This document shows, one piece after another, positions 31,671 through 42,252 of a DNA stretch of 64,000 nucleotides. Where the stretch lies: contig JBKPSK010000005.1 in assembly GCA_046734995.1 (NCBI GenBank), positions 1,150 through 65,149 on the forward strand, in the 5' to 3' direction. The number at the start of each line of letters is the position of its first letter. Positions within the stretch are counted from its first letter, which is position 1. Origin of the DNA: Pseudomonadota bacterium (GTDB taxonomy: Bacteria > Pseudomonadota > Alphaproteobacteria > Sphingomonadales > Sphingomonadaceae). The notes below the pieces were generated by a model, which did no database searches, was not told where the DNA came from, and saw only the letters and a list, made by a program, of their open reading frames with translations. The position numbers were made by a program, and so were the translations under genes.

Positions 31671-32087
31671 TTAGCGGCCCTTGGTCTTGCGGCGCTTGGT
31701 GCCGAGGCCGATTGACTTGGCCAGGGTCCGGCGCTGCTCGGCATAATTGGGCGCAACCATCGGATAATCTGCGGCCAGGCCCCACTTCTGCCGGTACTGG
31801 TCCGGGGTCAGCTGGTAATGCGTCATCAGGTGGCGCTTCAGCATCTTCAGCCTTTTCCCGTCTTCCAGACACACGATATAGTCGGGCTTGATCGACGAGC
31901 GGATCGGCACCTTCGGCTCCGGCCGAGCTTCCGGCGCCGAGCGGCCCGAGAGGCCAGCGAGCGCACCGTGGATGTTCTGGATGAGCTGCGGCAAATCGTT
32001 GACCGCCACGCTATTGTTGCTCACGTGCGCCGCGACGATGTCGGCGGTCAGCGTGACCAGAGTGTCGTCTTGAGTTTCGTCTGCCAT
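31671..32087 (-). CDS. mucR: MucR/Ros zinc-finger regulator
   Basis: LTADIVAAHVSNN, CLEDGKRLKMLKRHL, YPMVAPNY; start set at ATG 32087. Confidence 0.95.
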   Translation of the reverse strand: MADETQDDTLVTLTADIVAAHVSNNSVAVNDLPQLIQNIHGALAGLSGRSAPEARPEPKVPIRSSIKPDYIVCLEDGKRLKMLKRHLMTHYQLTPDQYRQKWGLAADYPMVAPNYAEQRRTLAKSIGLGTKRRKTKGR

Positions 32088-32212
32088 AAGTATTTTCCCC
32101 GAGCTGGAAAAGGCCGTGGTGACAGGTCCTGTCGGCCACAGTCGGTTCATTACTACGCTTGCTTTTTTTAGGCGGCAATAGTCGCTCAATAATCGCCGCG
32201 AACAGGATTAGA

Positions 32213-32695
32213 TCAAAGCTCGCGCGCCATTGTCAGCGCGTCGTGGTGGTTTCCGTCCTGTCCCGAATAATATTTGGTTCGGCGGCCTTCCGCCTTGAAT
32301 CCGAACGCCTGATACATTGTAACCGCCGGATTGCCGTCCCTAACCTCCAGATGCAGGCGCCGAGCACCGCTGCGGCGGCCATGGTCGATGAAATGATTGA
32401 GAAGCGAGGTGCCGATGCCGCGGCGTTGCACGCTGGGCGCAACCGCGAGCAGAAGCAATTCGGCTTCGTCGGCGACCGTCCGCAACAGCGAGAAGCCGTG
32501 GACGCCGCCATCCTCGTCGCGGGCAAGCATCAGCACGACTCCGGACAAAGGCAGGATCCCGGCGCATTGCGAGCGCGTCCAGCCTTCACCGAAGCGCGGA
32601 TCGAAGGCTGCCGCCATGACCTCCATCACCGCGTCGAGGTCTGCCGATTCCCCTGGAGTCAACTGCACCCCTATCGCCTCGGCCGCGCTGCTCAT
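32213..32695 (-). CDS. rimI: Ribosomal-protein alanine N-acetyltransferase
   Basis: EAELLLLAV, RRGIG, LEVRDGN, GRRTKYY; follows tsaB. Confidence 0.88.
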   Translation of the reverse strand: MSSAAEAIGVQLTPGESADLDAVMEVMAAAFDPRFGEGWTRSQCAGILPLSGVVLMLARDEDGGVHGFSLLRTVADEAELLLLAVAPSVQRRGIGTSLLNHFIDHGRRSGARRLHLEVRDGNPAVTMYQAFGFKAEGRRTKYYSGQDGNHHDALTMAREL

Positions 32696-33303
32696 GCCGC
32701 CTCGCGCGGCCGGGCGTCCGGCGCCCTGGCATAAAGCGGCCTGGGCTCGAGTGTCCTCAGCCGGGTTGGCAAATCCAGCGCGCGGGCGGCGGACGGCAGG
32801 AGCGAGAGTGACTCGCCATCGCCGCGGGCCGTTACCAGGGCCTCGGCGCCGCTGCCGACGACCAAAGGCGCATCGATGACTTTCGCGGCTTCCAAAGCCG
32901 GCAGGTTGAGCAGGTCGCTTGATGGCCGGAGCGGCGCCCGGCGGAACTGCTGGACGAACAATTCGCCATGTCCGCCGGCAAGGGCGGCGGCGACCGTGCC
33001 ATCTCCGGGCGCGCCGGCGGCAAGCAGCGCCAGCGACGACATGCCGCAAACCGGCACGTCCCAGCCGATTCCGAGGCCGTGCGCGGCGGCGACCGCGATC
33101 CGGATTCCCGTGAAGCTGCCTGGCCCGACACCGACCAGCAATTGCGAGGGCATGTGCCCGTCCAGCATCTCGGCAATCAGCGGCACCAGCCGTTCGGCGT
33201 GGCCGCGCCCGATGACCTCGTCGCGCGAAGCAAACAGGCTCCCGTCCGCCGCGAACAAGGCGACGGTGCAGGCGGGCGTCGACGTGTCGAACGCAAGGAT
33301 CAC
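32692..33303 (-). CDS. tsaB: tRNA threonylcarbamoyladenosine biosynthesis protein TsaB
   Basis: ILAFDTS, GHAERL, GVGPGSFTGIRI; GTG start near 33303. Confidence 0.94.
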   Translation of the reverse strand: MILAFDTSTPACTVALFAADGSLFASRDEVIGRGHAERLVPLIAEMLDGHMPSQLLVGVGPGSFTGIRIAVAAAHGLGIGWDVPVCGMSSLALLAAGAPGDGTVAAALAGGHGELFVQQFRRAPLRPSSDLLNLPALEAAKVIDAPLVVGSGAEALVTARGDGESLSLLPSAARALDLPTRLRTLEPRPLYARAPDARPREAA

Positions 33304-33377
33304 GTCATCCGTGCTCCGGTCGTTAAGCGGGGATTTGGACACAAGCTGCTCGCCGGGGCAAGCGGATTTACGAACCG

Positions 33378-33953
33378 TCAGATCGCTTCGATGGTTTCTA
33401 CTTCGGGCACGTAGTGGCGAATCAGGCTTTCGATGCCGCGTTTCAGCGTGATCTCGGATGAGGGGCAGCCCGAACAGGCGCCGTGCATGGCGAGATAGAG
33501 CGTGCCGTCCTTGTAGCCGCGATAGACGATGTCGCCGCCATCCTGGGCGACGGCCGGGCGGACCCGGGTTTCGATCAGTTCCTTGATCTGGTCGATGATG
33601 TCTTCATCGGCTGGGTCTTCCTCGAAGGCCGGCGCTTCGCCCGCCACATCGATTCCGGCAGCTGTGCCCGGCTTGAACAGCGGCGCGCCGCCGACGAAGA
33701 AATCGAGCAGGATACCGAGCACTTCGGGTTCAAGCGCATCCCAATGGACGCCCGGAGCGGCGCTCACCGACACGAAATCGCGGCCGAAGAACACTCCGTC
33801 GACCAGGCCGGTGGCAAACAATGCCTCGGCGAGCGGCGAAGCTTCGGCCGTTTCCGCATTCGGAAAGTCGCGGCTACCCGCCTCCATCACCGTGCGGCCG
33901 GGCAGGAATTTGCGGGTTGCCGGATTGGGCGTGCGCTCGGTCTCGATCAGCAT
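33378..33953 (-). CDS. NifU/Nfu family Fe-S carrier
   Basis: MLIETERTPNPAT, VRPAVAQDGGDI, GACSGCPSS. Confidence 0.95.
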   Translation of the reverse strand: MLIETERTPNPATRKFLPGRTVMEAGSRDFPNAETAEASPLAEALFATGLVDGVFFGRDFVSVSAAPGVHWDALEPEVLGILLDFFVGGAPLFKPGTAAGIDVAGEAPAFEEDPADEDIIDQIKELIETRVRPAVAQDGGDIVYRGYKDGTLYLAMHGACSGCPSSEITLKRGIESLIRHYVPEVETIEAI

Positions 33954-33991
33954 GCGCGCGATGTGGCCCTCAGTCAGCTCGCGATCAACCC

Positions 33992-34690
33992 CTAGAAGAG
34001 GGGCACGCCTGCCATGATCCAGCTGGCGAGGCCGAGAGCGACGGCCAGGCATAGCAAGGCTGCCGACCGGCGGCCGCGCCGCATCGGTTCGACATCCGGC
34101 TCAAGCTCCGCGTTGCCGGTTATCATCGGCCCAATCAGCTTCTTGCCGCGCCAGCGGTAATAGAGGATCGCGATGAGATGCAGCGCAATCAGGCCCAGCA
34201 AGACGTTGAATAGCTCTTCGTGGAGCTCTCGAGCTACATCTGTTGCGTCAATGCTGACGAAGTGGGCAAGCGGCCCTTCGAAGAAGCCGTCCTCGTCGGA
34301 GGCGAACAGCCCCAGTCCGGTTTCCAGCGCAACGAGGCCGAGCAGCGCAATGACGCTTAGCGCGCCAAGCGGCGTGTGCCCGGCCACCCGCCAGCTATTA
34401 ACGTCCTTCAGGTGGGCAATGACCGTCCTCGGCCCGCGCACGAAGCTGGAGAAGCGAGCGGTGGAGCTGCCGAAAAAGCCCCAGAGCAGACGGAAAACCA
34501 GCAGGCAGAGAACCGCGGCGCCGGCCCATATGTGGAGGCCTATCTCCTCATATTCGCCTGACCACCAGCCAAAGGCGATCAGCGCGACCAGCAGCCAGTG
34601 GGACAGCCGCGTCGGCAGGTCCCAAACGGGCTGCTTGGGACCCGAAGACGGGCTCAGTGATGCATCTCCGACCGGTATTTGTCGTGACAT
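33992..34690 (-). CDS. Cytochrome b/b6-domain membrane protein
   Basis: VWDLPTRLSHW, RLLWGF.GS..ARF, GHTPLGA, HEELF, LHL; start uncertain. Confidence 0.9.
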   Translation of the reverse strand: MSRQIPVGDASLSPSSGPKQPVWDLPTRLSHWLLVALIAFGWWSGEYEEIGLHIWAGAAVLCLLVFRLLWGFFGSSTARFSSFVRGPRTVIAHLKDVNSWRVAGHTPLGALSVIALLGLVALETGLGLFASDEDGFFEGPLAHFVSIDATDVARELHEELFNVLLGLIALHLIAILYYRWRGKKLIGPMITGNAELEPDVEPMRRGRRSAALLCLAVALGLASWIMAGVPLF

Positions 34691-35118
34691 GCCTTGCAGG
34701 TCTTGCCGAGGTCCGCGTAGCGCGCCCTGACCGCGTTTGCGTTGCCGCTCGCGGCGGCAACATTTAACGCTTTCGCGGCGCCTTGAAAGTCGTGAAGCTT
34801 TGCCGTGAAGTCCGGCAGATTCTGCCAGATTTCCGGCTTGGCGCCGGTCTTGCCGAGTTCAGGCCCGGTGCCGCTCGGGAACCAGCTCGACGCTTTCTGT
34901 GACAGCTGAGCGATCTTCGCCGCCGATGTCCTGACCGTGGCGATGTCCGGCGGCGCGGCTTCGAGCGCGCGACGGATCGCCTTGTTGTTCTTGCCAACCG
35001 TTTCCATGCCTTCGTGCCGCTCGTGCATGATCATAAGCGCGGTCTGTTTCGACAGGGGCGCCGCGAGAGCGCCGGCCGCGGCAAGCAGGATACAAGACGC
35101 AACGATGCTCAGCCGCAT
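34654..35118 (-). CDS. Cytochrome c' (class II cytochrome c)
   Basis: Signal peptide, AKPEIW, C-terminal CKACH. Confidence 0.92.
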   Translation of the reverse strand: MRLSIVASCILLAAAGALAAPLSKQTALMIMHERHEGMETVGKNNKAIRRALEAAPPDIATVRTSAAKIAQLSQKASSWFPSGTGPELGKTGAKPEIWQNLPDFTAKLHDFQGAAKALNVAAASGNANAVRARYADLGKTCKACHDKYRSEMHH

Positions 35119-35142
35119 TCGAATCTCCTTGGGATTTTGCTG

Positions 35143-36075
35143 TCAGAGGCGGGTAACGGGCGGGTCGTGCGAAATGGAATTGTCAGGCGCCTTCCAGCTG
35201 TCGTCGATCATCTTAATGATCGCTGAAAAATCCTTGTGGCCGCCGCCGCGGTCGACGAAGCGCTGGTAAAGCTCGGCCGCCTCACCGCCCATTGGCGTAT
35301 AGGCGCCCGCGGCGTCAGCTGCTTCCATCGCCAGCTTCAAATCCTTGAGCATCAGCATCGCCATGAAGCCACCCTCGTAATCGCGGTCGGCCGGTGTCTC
35401 GGGCCCAACCCCGGGGACAGGGCAGTAGGAGGTCATCGACCAGCTTTGACCGGACGCCTTGGACGCGATGTCGAAGAAGACCTGCGGGTCGAGTCCGAGC
35501 TTTTCGGCAAGGACAAACGCCTCGCACGTCGCCGCCATGGTCGCGCCCAGCAGCATGTTGTTGCAGATCTTGGCCGCCTGGCCGGCACCCGGGCCACCAG
35601 CGTGGATCACGGCCTTGCCCATCTTTTCAAGATATTCGCGGGCACGCTCAAAGCCTTCGTCGGAGCCACCGACCATGAACGTTAGAGTGCCGGCCTCGGC
35701 CGCGGCGATGCCGCCCGACACTGGCGCGTCGACCATCGTATAGCCCTGGCCCGCCGCTTCCTCTTCGACCGAGCGGGCGGTAGCGACGTCGATCGTCGAG
35801 CAATCCATCAGAATGGCGGAGGTGGGCGCCTTGCCGAGCACGGACTCGCGGTAAACGGAGGCGACGTGCTGGCCCGCGGGCAGCATTGTGACGACGGCAT
35901 CGACGCCCTTGCAGGCGCCGGCGGCGGACTTGGCCGGCTTGCTGCCGTGCTGGACGGCCCGGTCGAGCGCTTCATCGCTGAGATCGAAGGCGTGCACCTC
36001 ATGTTCCGCTTTGGCCAGATTGGCCGCCATGCCGCTGCCCATATTGCCCAATCCGATGAAGGCGATTTTCGCCAT
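35143..36075 (-). CDS. mmsB: 3-hydroxyisobutyrate dehydrogenase
   Basis: IAFIGLGNMG, DAPVSGG, LTFMVGG, AKICNNM; start set at ATG 36075. Confidence 0.96.
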   Translation of the reverse strand: MAKIAFIGLGNMGSGMAANLAKAEHEVHAFDLSDEALDRAVQHGSKPAKSAAGACKGVDAVVTMLPAGQHVASVYRESVLGKAPTSAILMDCSTIDVATARSVEEEAAGQGYTMVDAPVSGGIAAAEAGTLTFMVGGSDEGFERAREYLEKMGKAVIHAGGPGAGQAAKICNNMLLGATMAATCEAFVLAEKLGLDPQVFFDIASKASGQSWSMTSYCPVPGVGPETPADRDYEGGFMAMLMLKDLKLAMEAADAAGAYTPMGGEAAELYQRFVDRGGGHKDFSAIIKMIDDSWKAPDNSISHDPPVTRL

Positions 36076-36851
36076 TATCGTCCCTTCCAGTTGCCCGGCC
36101 GCTTTTCGACGAAGGCGGTCATGCCTTCCTTCTGGTCCTCGGTGCCGAACAAGCCGTGGAACAGCCGCCGTTCGAAGCGTATTCCCTGAGCGAGCGGCAT
36201 TTCGAACGCGGCATTGACCATCTCCTTGACGGCGATTGCGGCCAAGGGCGCCATGGCGGCAATGGCATCTGCGGCCTTCAACGCTTCGTCGAGCAAATCG
36301 GCGGCGGGCACGACCCTGGCAACCAGCCCGCTGCGCTCGGCTTCCTCGGCGCCCATCATCCGGCCGGTCAGGCACATCTCCATTGCCTTGGCTTTGCCGA
36401 TCGCCAGCGCCATGCGCTGCGACCCGCCCATGCCCGGGGTGACGCCCAGCTTGATCTCCGGCTGGCCGAATTTGGCGGTGTCGGCGGCGATGATGAAGTC
36501 GGCCATCATCGCCACCTCGCAGCCGCCACCAAGCGCGAAGCCGGCGACCGCCGCGATCCATGGCTTGCGGGTCGCGGTTACCTGCTCCCAGCCGGCGAAG
36601 AAATTGGCCGAATACATGTCGGCGAAACCCTGGGACTGCATCTCCTTGATGTCGGCGCCGGCGGCGAAAGCCTTTTCAGAGCCGGTGAGCACCAGACAGC
36701 GCTGATCGGGGTTCGCATCATAGGCCGCGAACGCCTCGATCAATTCCTTGAGGACCGTCGAGTTGAGCGCATTCAGAGCCTGCGGACGATTGAGCGTGAC
36801 CAGGGTCACCGCGCCCTTCTTTTCGACAAGGATGGTCTCAAACTGCGGCAT
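36075..36851 (-). CDS. Enoyl-CoA hydratase
   Basis: [24 protein letters not shown]. Confidence 0.95.
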   Translation of the reverse strand: MPQFETILVEKKGAVTLVTLNRPQALNALNSTVLKELIEAFAAYDANPDQRCLVLTGSEKAFAAGADIKEMQSQGFADMYSANFFAGWEQVTATRKPWIAAVAGFALGGGCEVAMMADFIIAADTAKFGQPEIKLGVTPGMGGSQRMALAIGKAKAMEMCLTGRMMGAEEAERSGLVARVVPAADLLDEALKAADAIAAMAPLAAIAVKEMVNAAFEMPLAQGIRFERRLFHGLFGTEDQKEGMTAFVEKRPGNWKGR

Positions 36852-37911
36852 GGGCGTCCTCGGCGGCGGGGAAGGGAGTCCAGCGCTCACCCTCGGGCAG
36901 CGGCGCGAAGAGAGCGTCGAGCATCTCATCGGTCACGCCGTCGGGCGTCGGCGGGTCCCACTTGGGTTGATTGTCCTTGTCGATCAGCAGTGCCCGTACG
37001 CCTTCGCGGAAGTCATGCGTGTGGGTGATGCGGCCGGCGAGCGAATATTCGGCCTGCATCTCGGCGGTGAAGCTGTCGCGCTTGGCACCCTCGGCAAGCA
37101 GGCGCAGTGACACCTTGCACGACAAAGGGCTCTTGGTGCCCAGGGTCGCCCGCTCGGCCGTCGCCCAGTCGCCGCCGTCGGCCTCAAGGGCGGCAATCAC
37201 TTCCTCTAGCGTGTCCGAAGCGAACAGCCTGGAAATGGCGGGCAGGTTCGCTGCGATTTTTGCATCGGGCGGGGTCACTGAAGCGGAGCCGAGCGCGCCT
37301 TCGAGGCGAGCGGGGGCGCCCGCTATCCGGCCGACGAGGTCGGCGATATTGGCTTGTGGCACATAATGGGTGGCGAGGCCGAGATAATGGCATTCAGCGC
37401 CGTCGAGCCGTGCTCCGGTCAACGCCATGAACTCGCCGACGCGGCCCGGCAGGCGCGGCAGATACCAGCCGCCGCCGACGTCGGGGAACAGGCCAATGCC
37501 CGTCTCGGGCATCGCCAGCCGCGTGTTTTCGGTCGCGATCCGGAAGTTGCAAGGCAAAGCAATACCAACACCGCCGCCCATGGTGATGCCGTCCATGATC
37601 GCCACGGTCGGCTTGGGATAGTTGAACAGCAAATGGTTCAGGCGATACTCGCTGAAGAAGAAGGCGCGGGCGTCGGCGCCATCGCTGGCGCCGCTTTTCG
37701 CGATCATCACCACGTCGCCGCCGGCGCAGAATCCGCGCCCTTCGGCATGGTCGATGACCACTGCCTCCACCGCCGGGTCGTCGCGCCACTTGAGCAGGGC
37801 CTCCGACATTTTGTCGCACATCGCCTTGGTCAGGGCGTGAATCGCCTTGGGCCGATTGAGGCGGAGGCGGCCGATCCGCTGCTCGGTCAGAATCAGGACG
37901 TCGTCGGTCAC
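36838..37911 (-). CDS. 3-hydroxyisobutyryl-CoA hydrolase
   Basis: [41 protein letters not shown]. Confidence 0.93.
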   Translation of the reverse strand: MTDDVLILTEQRIGRLRLNRPKAIHALTKAMCDKMSEALLKWRDDPAVEAVVIDHAEGRGFCAGGDVVMIAKSGASDGADARAFFFSEYRLNHLLFNYPKPTVAIMDGITMGGGVGIALPCNFRIATENTRLAMPETGIGLFPDVGGGWYLPRLPGRVGEFMALTGARLDGAECHYLGLATHYVPQANIADLVGRIAGAPARLEGALGSASVTPPDAKIAANLPAISRLFASDTLEEVIAALEADGGDWATAERATLGTKSPLSCKVSLRLLAEGAKRDSFTAEMQAEYSLAGRITHTHDFREGVRALLIDKDNQPKWDPPTPDGVTDEMLDALFAPLPEGERWTPFPAAEDAHAAV

Positions 37912-39053
37912 TGTCGCGTCAGCTCCCGCCCGACGATCATCCGCATGACCTGGTTGGTGCCTTCCAGGATCGAATGGACGCGCAGGTCGCGCCAGAAGCG
38001 CTCGATCGGATAATCCATCAAATAGCCGTAGCCGCCGTGGAGCTGCAGCGCCCGGTCGACCACGGAGCTGCCGGTATCGGTGGCGAAGCGCTTGGCCATG
38101 GCCGCGAACTTGGTCTTGTCGGGCGCATTGGCGGTGACTTTGACTGCCGCCGCGTACAGCAATTGCCGCGCCGCCTGCAGCTCAGTCTCCATGTCGGCGA
38201 GCATGAACTGGGTGTTCTGGAAATCCGCAATGGCGGAGCCGAACTGCTTGCGCTCCTTGGTATATTTGATCGCTTCGTCGAGGCAACGCTGGGCGCCGCC
38301 GAGACTGCAGGCGCCGATGTTGAGGCGGCCGCCGTCGAGGCCCATCATCGCGATGCGGAATCCTTCGCCCTCGGCGCCGACACGATTGGCGACCGGCACG
38401 CGGACTTCATCGAAATTAACCTGGGCCGTCGGCTGCGAGTGCCAGCCGAGCTTCTTCTCCTGCGCGCCGAAGCTGACGCCGGGAACATCCTTTTCGATAA
38501 CCAGCGCGGTAATGCCCTTCGGACCCTCCTCGCCAGTGCGGACCATAGTGACGTAGACCTCATTTTCGCCACCGCCGGAGATGAACGCCTTGGAACCGGA
38601 TACGACATATTCATCGCCGTCGAGGACTGCCTTGGTCTTGAGCGCCGCCGCATCCGACCCTGATGACGGCTCGGTCAGGCAATAGCTGCCGATCTTCTCC
38701 ATCGTGATCATCGAGGGCAGGTACTTCTGCTTCACTTCATCCGAACCGAAGCGGTCGATCATCCAGCTCGCCATATTGTGGATGGAGATGAAGGCGCTGG
38801 TCGACGGGCAGCCATAAGCCATCGCCTCCATGATCAGCGCCGCTTCCAGCCGCCCGAGGCCGATGCCACCCGATTCCTCGGAGACGTAGATGGCGCCGAA
38901 GCCCAGTTCGGCGGCCATGCGGATCGTGTCGCGCGGGAAGATGTGCTTCTCGTCCCATTCGGCGGCGAACGGCGTGATGGCGTCGGCGGTGAACTTGGCC
39001 GCCATTTCCTGGATTTGCAGCTGGTCGTCGGTCAGGTCGAATTGGTGCGACAT
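37908..39053 (-). CDS. Acyl-CoA dehydrogenase (isobutyryl-CoA type)
   Basis: YCLTEP..GSD, GSKAFISG, QLHGGYGY, ILEGTN; mms operon context. Confidence 0.93.
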   Translation of the reverse strand: MSHQFDLTDDQLQIQEMAAKFTADAITPFAAEWDEKHIFPRDTIRMAAELGFGAIYVSEESGGIGLGRLEAALIMEAMAYGCPSTSAFISIHNMASWMIDRFGSDEVKQKYLPSMITMEKIGSYCLTEPSSGSDAAALKTKAVLDGDEYVVSGSKAFISGGGENEVYVTMVRTGEEGPKGITALVIEKDVPGVSFGAQEKKLGWHSQPTAQVNFDEVRVPVANRVGAEGEGFRIAMMGLDGGRLNIGACSLGGAQRCLDEAIKYTKERKQFGSAIADFQNTQFMLADMETELQAARQLLYAAAVKVTANAPDKTKFAAMAKRFATDTGSSVVDRALQLHGGYGYLMDYPIERFWRDLRVHSILEGTNQVMRMIVGRELTRQ

Positions 39054-39095
39054 GGCCGCGCCCCTAGCAGAGGCCGAGCGGAAAACGCCAGTAGG

Positions 39096-39602
39096 TCAGG
39101 CGCAGCGCTCGTAGGTGAACCGGCCCTCCGGGTCGGTGCGCTCGAGCGTGTCGCCGGTGCGGGTGAAGGTCATCACCTTCTCCCAGCTCTGCCCCTCGCC
39201 GCGGAAGGCGAACAGTCCAGAGAAGCTGATTGCGACGGAAGGCCTCTGCTCCTCCAGTGTCGCCGTCGATTCATAGAATTTGATGCTGGTGTCGCCGACG
39301 GTCATCAGCCCTTTGGCGTCTCCCTTGGTAGAGGTGCAGTCGCCTGGAACCATGCCCCAGCGTCCCTGGTACCGCGCGGGGATCACCGCCCCGGGCGTGG
39401 GGGGTGGAGGAGCCCCGGGATTCCTGACTCCGGGCGCTGGCACTGCCTGGTCGTGAACGGCCTCGGCAGTGGCATTGGCCTGCGCCACGACGGCGTCGAG
39501 ACCGGCGGCATTCTCGGCGTCGTCGTCGACCGGCTTATTGCGCCCGCAGGCCGCGGCGGTCAGCACGAAGGCGAGGGGAATGACGGCGAGCAGTGACTTC
39601 AT
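39096..39602 (-). CDS. Hypothetical lipoprotein
   Basis: Lipobox AAAC, Pro-rich linker, IPARYQGRWG...DC...KFYES domain, terminal Cys. Confidence 0.82.
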   Translation of the reverse strand: MKSLLAVIPLAFVLTAAACGRNKPVDDDAENAAGLDAVVAQANATAEAVHDQAVPAPGVRNPGAPPPPTPGAVIPARYQGRWGMVPGDCTSTKGDAKGLMTVGDTSIKFYESTATLEEQRPSVAISFSGLFAFRGEGQSWEKVMTFTRTGDTLERTDPEGRFTYERCA

Positions 39603-39653
39603 GCCCGCTAAACACGCGTTATATCAAACTGGTTTCAGGAGATAAGAACCCAG

Positions 39654-41153
39654 TCAGCCCATGGTCGGGATGTTGAACGCATTCTCGCCGTGCGGGCCGC
39701 CGTCGGGCCAGCGCTGGGTGATGGTCTTGGTCTTGGTCCAGAAGCGGACGCCTTCCATGCCGTGCTGGTTGATGTCGCCGAACCCCGAGCGCTTCCAGCC
39801 GCCGAAAGTGTGATAGGCGACCGGCACCGGTATCGGCACATTGACTCCGACCATGCCGACGTTGACGCGGGCAGCGAATTCGCGTGCTGCATGGCCGTTG
39901 CGGGTGAAGATGGCGACGCCATTGCCGTATTGATGCTCGCTCGGCAGCCGTACCGCCGTCTCGAAATCGGGTGCGCGGACCATCTGCAGGACGGGGCCGA
40001 AGATTTCCTCCTGATAGGAGCGGAAATGCGGCTGAACGTAGTCGAAGAAAGTCGGACCGATGAAGAAGCCTTCCTCGTGCCCCTGCAGCATGAAGCCGCG
40101 GCCGTCGACGACCAGCTCGCCGCCCTCGTCGGCGCACATCTGGATATAATCCTCGACCCGCCTCTTGTGAGCGGCATTGACCACCGGCCCGTAATGGGCG
40201 TCTGGATCGGTCGAGACGCCGACGCGTAGTCCCTCGATCGCCGGGATCAGTTTCTCGCGGAGGCGGTCGGCCGTGTCGTCGCCAACTGGCACGACCACCG
40301 GTAGGGCCATGCAGCGTTCGCCCGCGCTGCCGAACGCGGCGCCGGCCAAGTCGTTGACCACCTGGTCGAGATCGGCGTCGGGCATGACGATGCCGTGGTT
40401 CTTGGCGCCACCGAACGCCTGGACGCGTTTCCCGTTCGCGGTACCGCGCGAGTAGATATAATGCGCGATATCGGACGAGCCGACGAAGCTGATCGCCTTG
40501 ATCTCCTCATGGTCGAGGATGGCGTCGACCATTTCCTTATCGCCGTGGACGACGTTCAGGATGCCGTCGGGCAGGCCTGCCTCTTTCATCAGTTCGGCGA
40601 GCCGCACCGGCACCGACGGGTCGCGCTCGGATGGCTTCAGGATGAAGGCGTTGCCGCAGGCGATGGCGACCCCGAACATCCACATCGGGATCATCGCCGG
40701 GAAGTTGAACGGGGTGTTGCCGGCGACGATGCCCAGCGGCTGCCGCATCGAATAGACGTCGATGCCCGGGCCGGCACCTTGCGTGTATTCGCCCTTCAGC
40801 GCGTGCGGAATGCCGCATGCGAACTCGACGACCTCCAGGCCGCGCTGGACGTCGCCCTTGGCGTCGGCGACGACCTTGCCGTGCTCGGATGCGAGCAGTT
40901 CGGCGAGGCTGTCGATGTTCTTCTCGACCAGCTCCTTGAACCGGAACATGACTCGCGCACGGCGTTGCGGATTCGTCGCCGACCAGCCGGGCAAAGCGGC
41001 GTTGGCGGCGTCGATCGCCGTCTGCAGATCGGCGGCGGTGCCGAGCTTTACCCTTGCCTGGACCGAGCCCTGGTTGGGGTCGAAAACATCGCCTTCGCGG
41101 TCACCGGAAGAAAAGGCCGAACCGGCAATATAATGATCGATTTCGCGCAACAT
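39654..41153 (-). CDS. mmsA: CoA-acylating methylmalonate-semialdehyde dehydrogenase
   Basis: PFNFPAMIP, KPSERDP, GGAKNH, GSAGERCMA, EEIFGPV. Confidence 0.97.
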   Translation of the reverse strand: MLREIDHYIAGSAFSSGDREGDVFDPNQGSVQARVKLGTAADLQTAIDAANAALPGWSATNPQRRARVMFRFKELVEKNIDSLAELLASEHGKVVADAKGDVQRGLEVVEFACGIPHALKGEYTQGAGPGIDVYSMRQPLGIVAGNTPFNFPAMIPMWMFGVAIACGNAFILKPSERDPSVPVRLAELMKEAGLPDGILNVVHGDKEMVDAILDHEEIKAISFVGSSDIAHYIYSRGTANGKRVQAFGGAKNHGIVMPDADLDQVVNDLAGAAFGSAGERCMALPVVVPVGDDTADRLREKLIPAIEGLRVGVSTDPDAHYGPVVNAAHKRRVEDYIQMCADEGGELVVDGRGFMLQGHEEGFFIGPTFFDYVQPHFRSYQEEIFGPVLQMVRAPDFETAVRLPSEHQYGNGVAIFTRNGHAAREFAARVNVGMVGVNVPIPVPVAYHTFGGWKRSGFGDINQHGMEGVRFWTKTKTITQRWPDGGPHGENAFNIPTMG

Positions 41154-41236
41154 GTTTGAAGCGTCCTGATGTGGAGCCTGGAGATCGCCGATCCCCTAAA
41201 CCCGTGACCGCCCAATTGCCAGCGCGTCACAACTTT

Positions 41237-41270
41237 CCCCTCCCCTTGATGGGGAGGGGTAGGGTAGGCT
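41237..41270. repeat. Partial copy of the CCCTC..GAGGG palindrome
   Basis: cccctccccttgatggggaggggtagggt. Confidence 0.65.
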
Positions 41271-41291
41271 GATGGTGGGAAGGGCTCTTGG

Positions 41292-42158
41292 TCACTCAGC
41301 GATATATTTCCACGGCGCGCCGCGCTTCTCGCGCTTCCAGACGGTGAAGAAGGGGAAGCCTTCCGGCTCGCCGGCTTTGGGCGGCGCGTTCGGGCGGATC
41401 ATGCCGATCGAGACTCCGAGGTCGCCGCTCGAAGCGACGAAGCTGCGCTCGGTGCCCCAGTGGATCCTGGCCGGGCCCTCTTCCTTGAAGTTGGCGGCGA
41501 TCGCATCGGCGCCGATGGTGAATCCGGCGCCCGAATACATGTTCATCGAGTCCTGGCGGCCATATTCGCGGAACGCCTGCTTGAGGCCGACCACTTGCGC
41601 GCGGTCGGAGAAGGCCTTCTCGGCGGCGGCGAGGCTTGCCTGGTGGGCGGCGATCCGCTTGGCGTTCGACTTCACCTTGGCGGTGAAGCCGGGCAGGGCG
41701 GCTGCCATCATCGCCGTCGAGACGGCGCCGGCTTCGCGCGGGATCTGGCGATAGGCGACGACCCGCCAGCCAGCCGAACGCCTGACCCAGTACGCCAGAT
41801 ACTTGCGGTCGCGCTTCGCGGGATCGCCCGAGCCGACGCTGAGGAAGCCATAGGTAAAGCCCTGCGTGCCGTCGGCGGAAATGCCGCCGCGCACCGGCGC
41901 CCAGCTGACGTGACCATCCTTGAAGGCCGGGCTGGCGCGGAACGCCTCGATCATCGCCGCCTTGCCGACGAGCACGCCCTTGCCCGGGAGCGGCGTCGCC
42001 GCCTCGTCGTCGAGCATTGCCGTAATGCCGGCAACAGGGTCGAGCTTCGCGGACTGAACCGCAAAGGCACGATCGGCGGCCAGCAAGTCATCGAGGCCGC
42101 TCTTGGCGGTGGCGGGCGCGGCGAGGAACAGCAGGGCAAGGAACAGGGCAGGCAACAT
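41292..42158 (-). CDS. Exported protein with two NTF2-like (DUF4440) domains
   Basis: Two repeats LxAA(D/E)xAF..W....S.(D)G....G..Y/F..W.R...W; signal peptide. Confidence 0.8.
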   Translation of the reverse strand: MLPALFLALLFLAAPATAKSGLDDLLAADRAFAVQSAKLDPVAGITAMLDDEAATPLPGKGVLVGKAAMIEAFRASPAFKDGHVSWAPVRGGISADGTQGFTYGFLSVGSGDPAKRDRKYLAYWVRRSAGWRVVAYRQIPREAGAVSTAMMAAALPGFTAKVKSNAKRIAAHQASLAAAEKAFSDRAQVVGLKQAFREYGRQDSMNMYSGAGFTIGADAIAANFKEEGPARIHWGTERSFVASSGDLGVSIGMIRPNAPPKAGEPEGFPFFTVWKREKRGAPWKYIAE

Positions 42159-42252
42159 GAGATTCCCCCGATGATTTTCTTGCCCGCTAGCGGCTTGCTC
42201 AGGGCCCCGCGTGACTCTGTCGACAAAGATGCGCCCTTGTTCGACCGACCGA

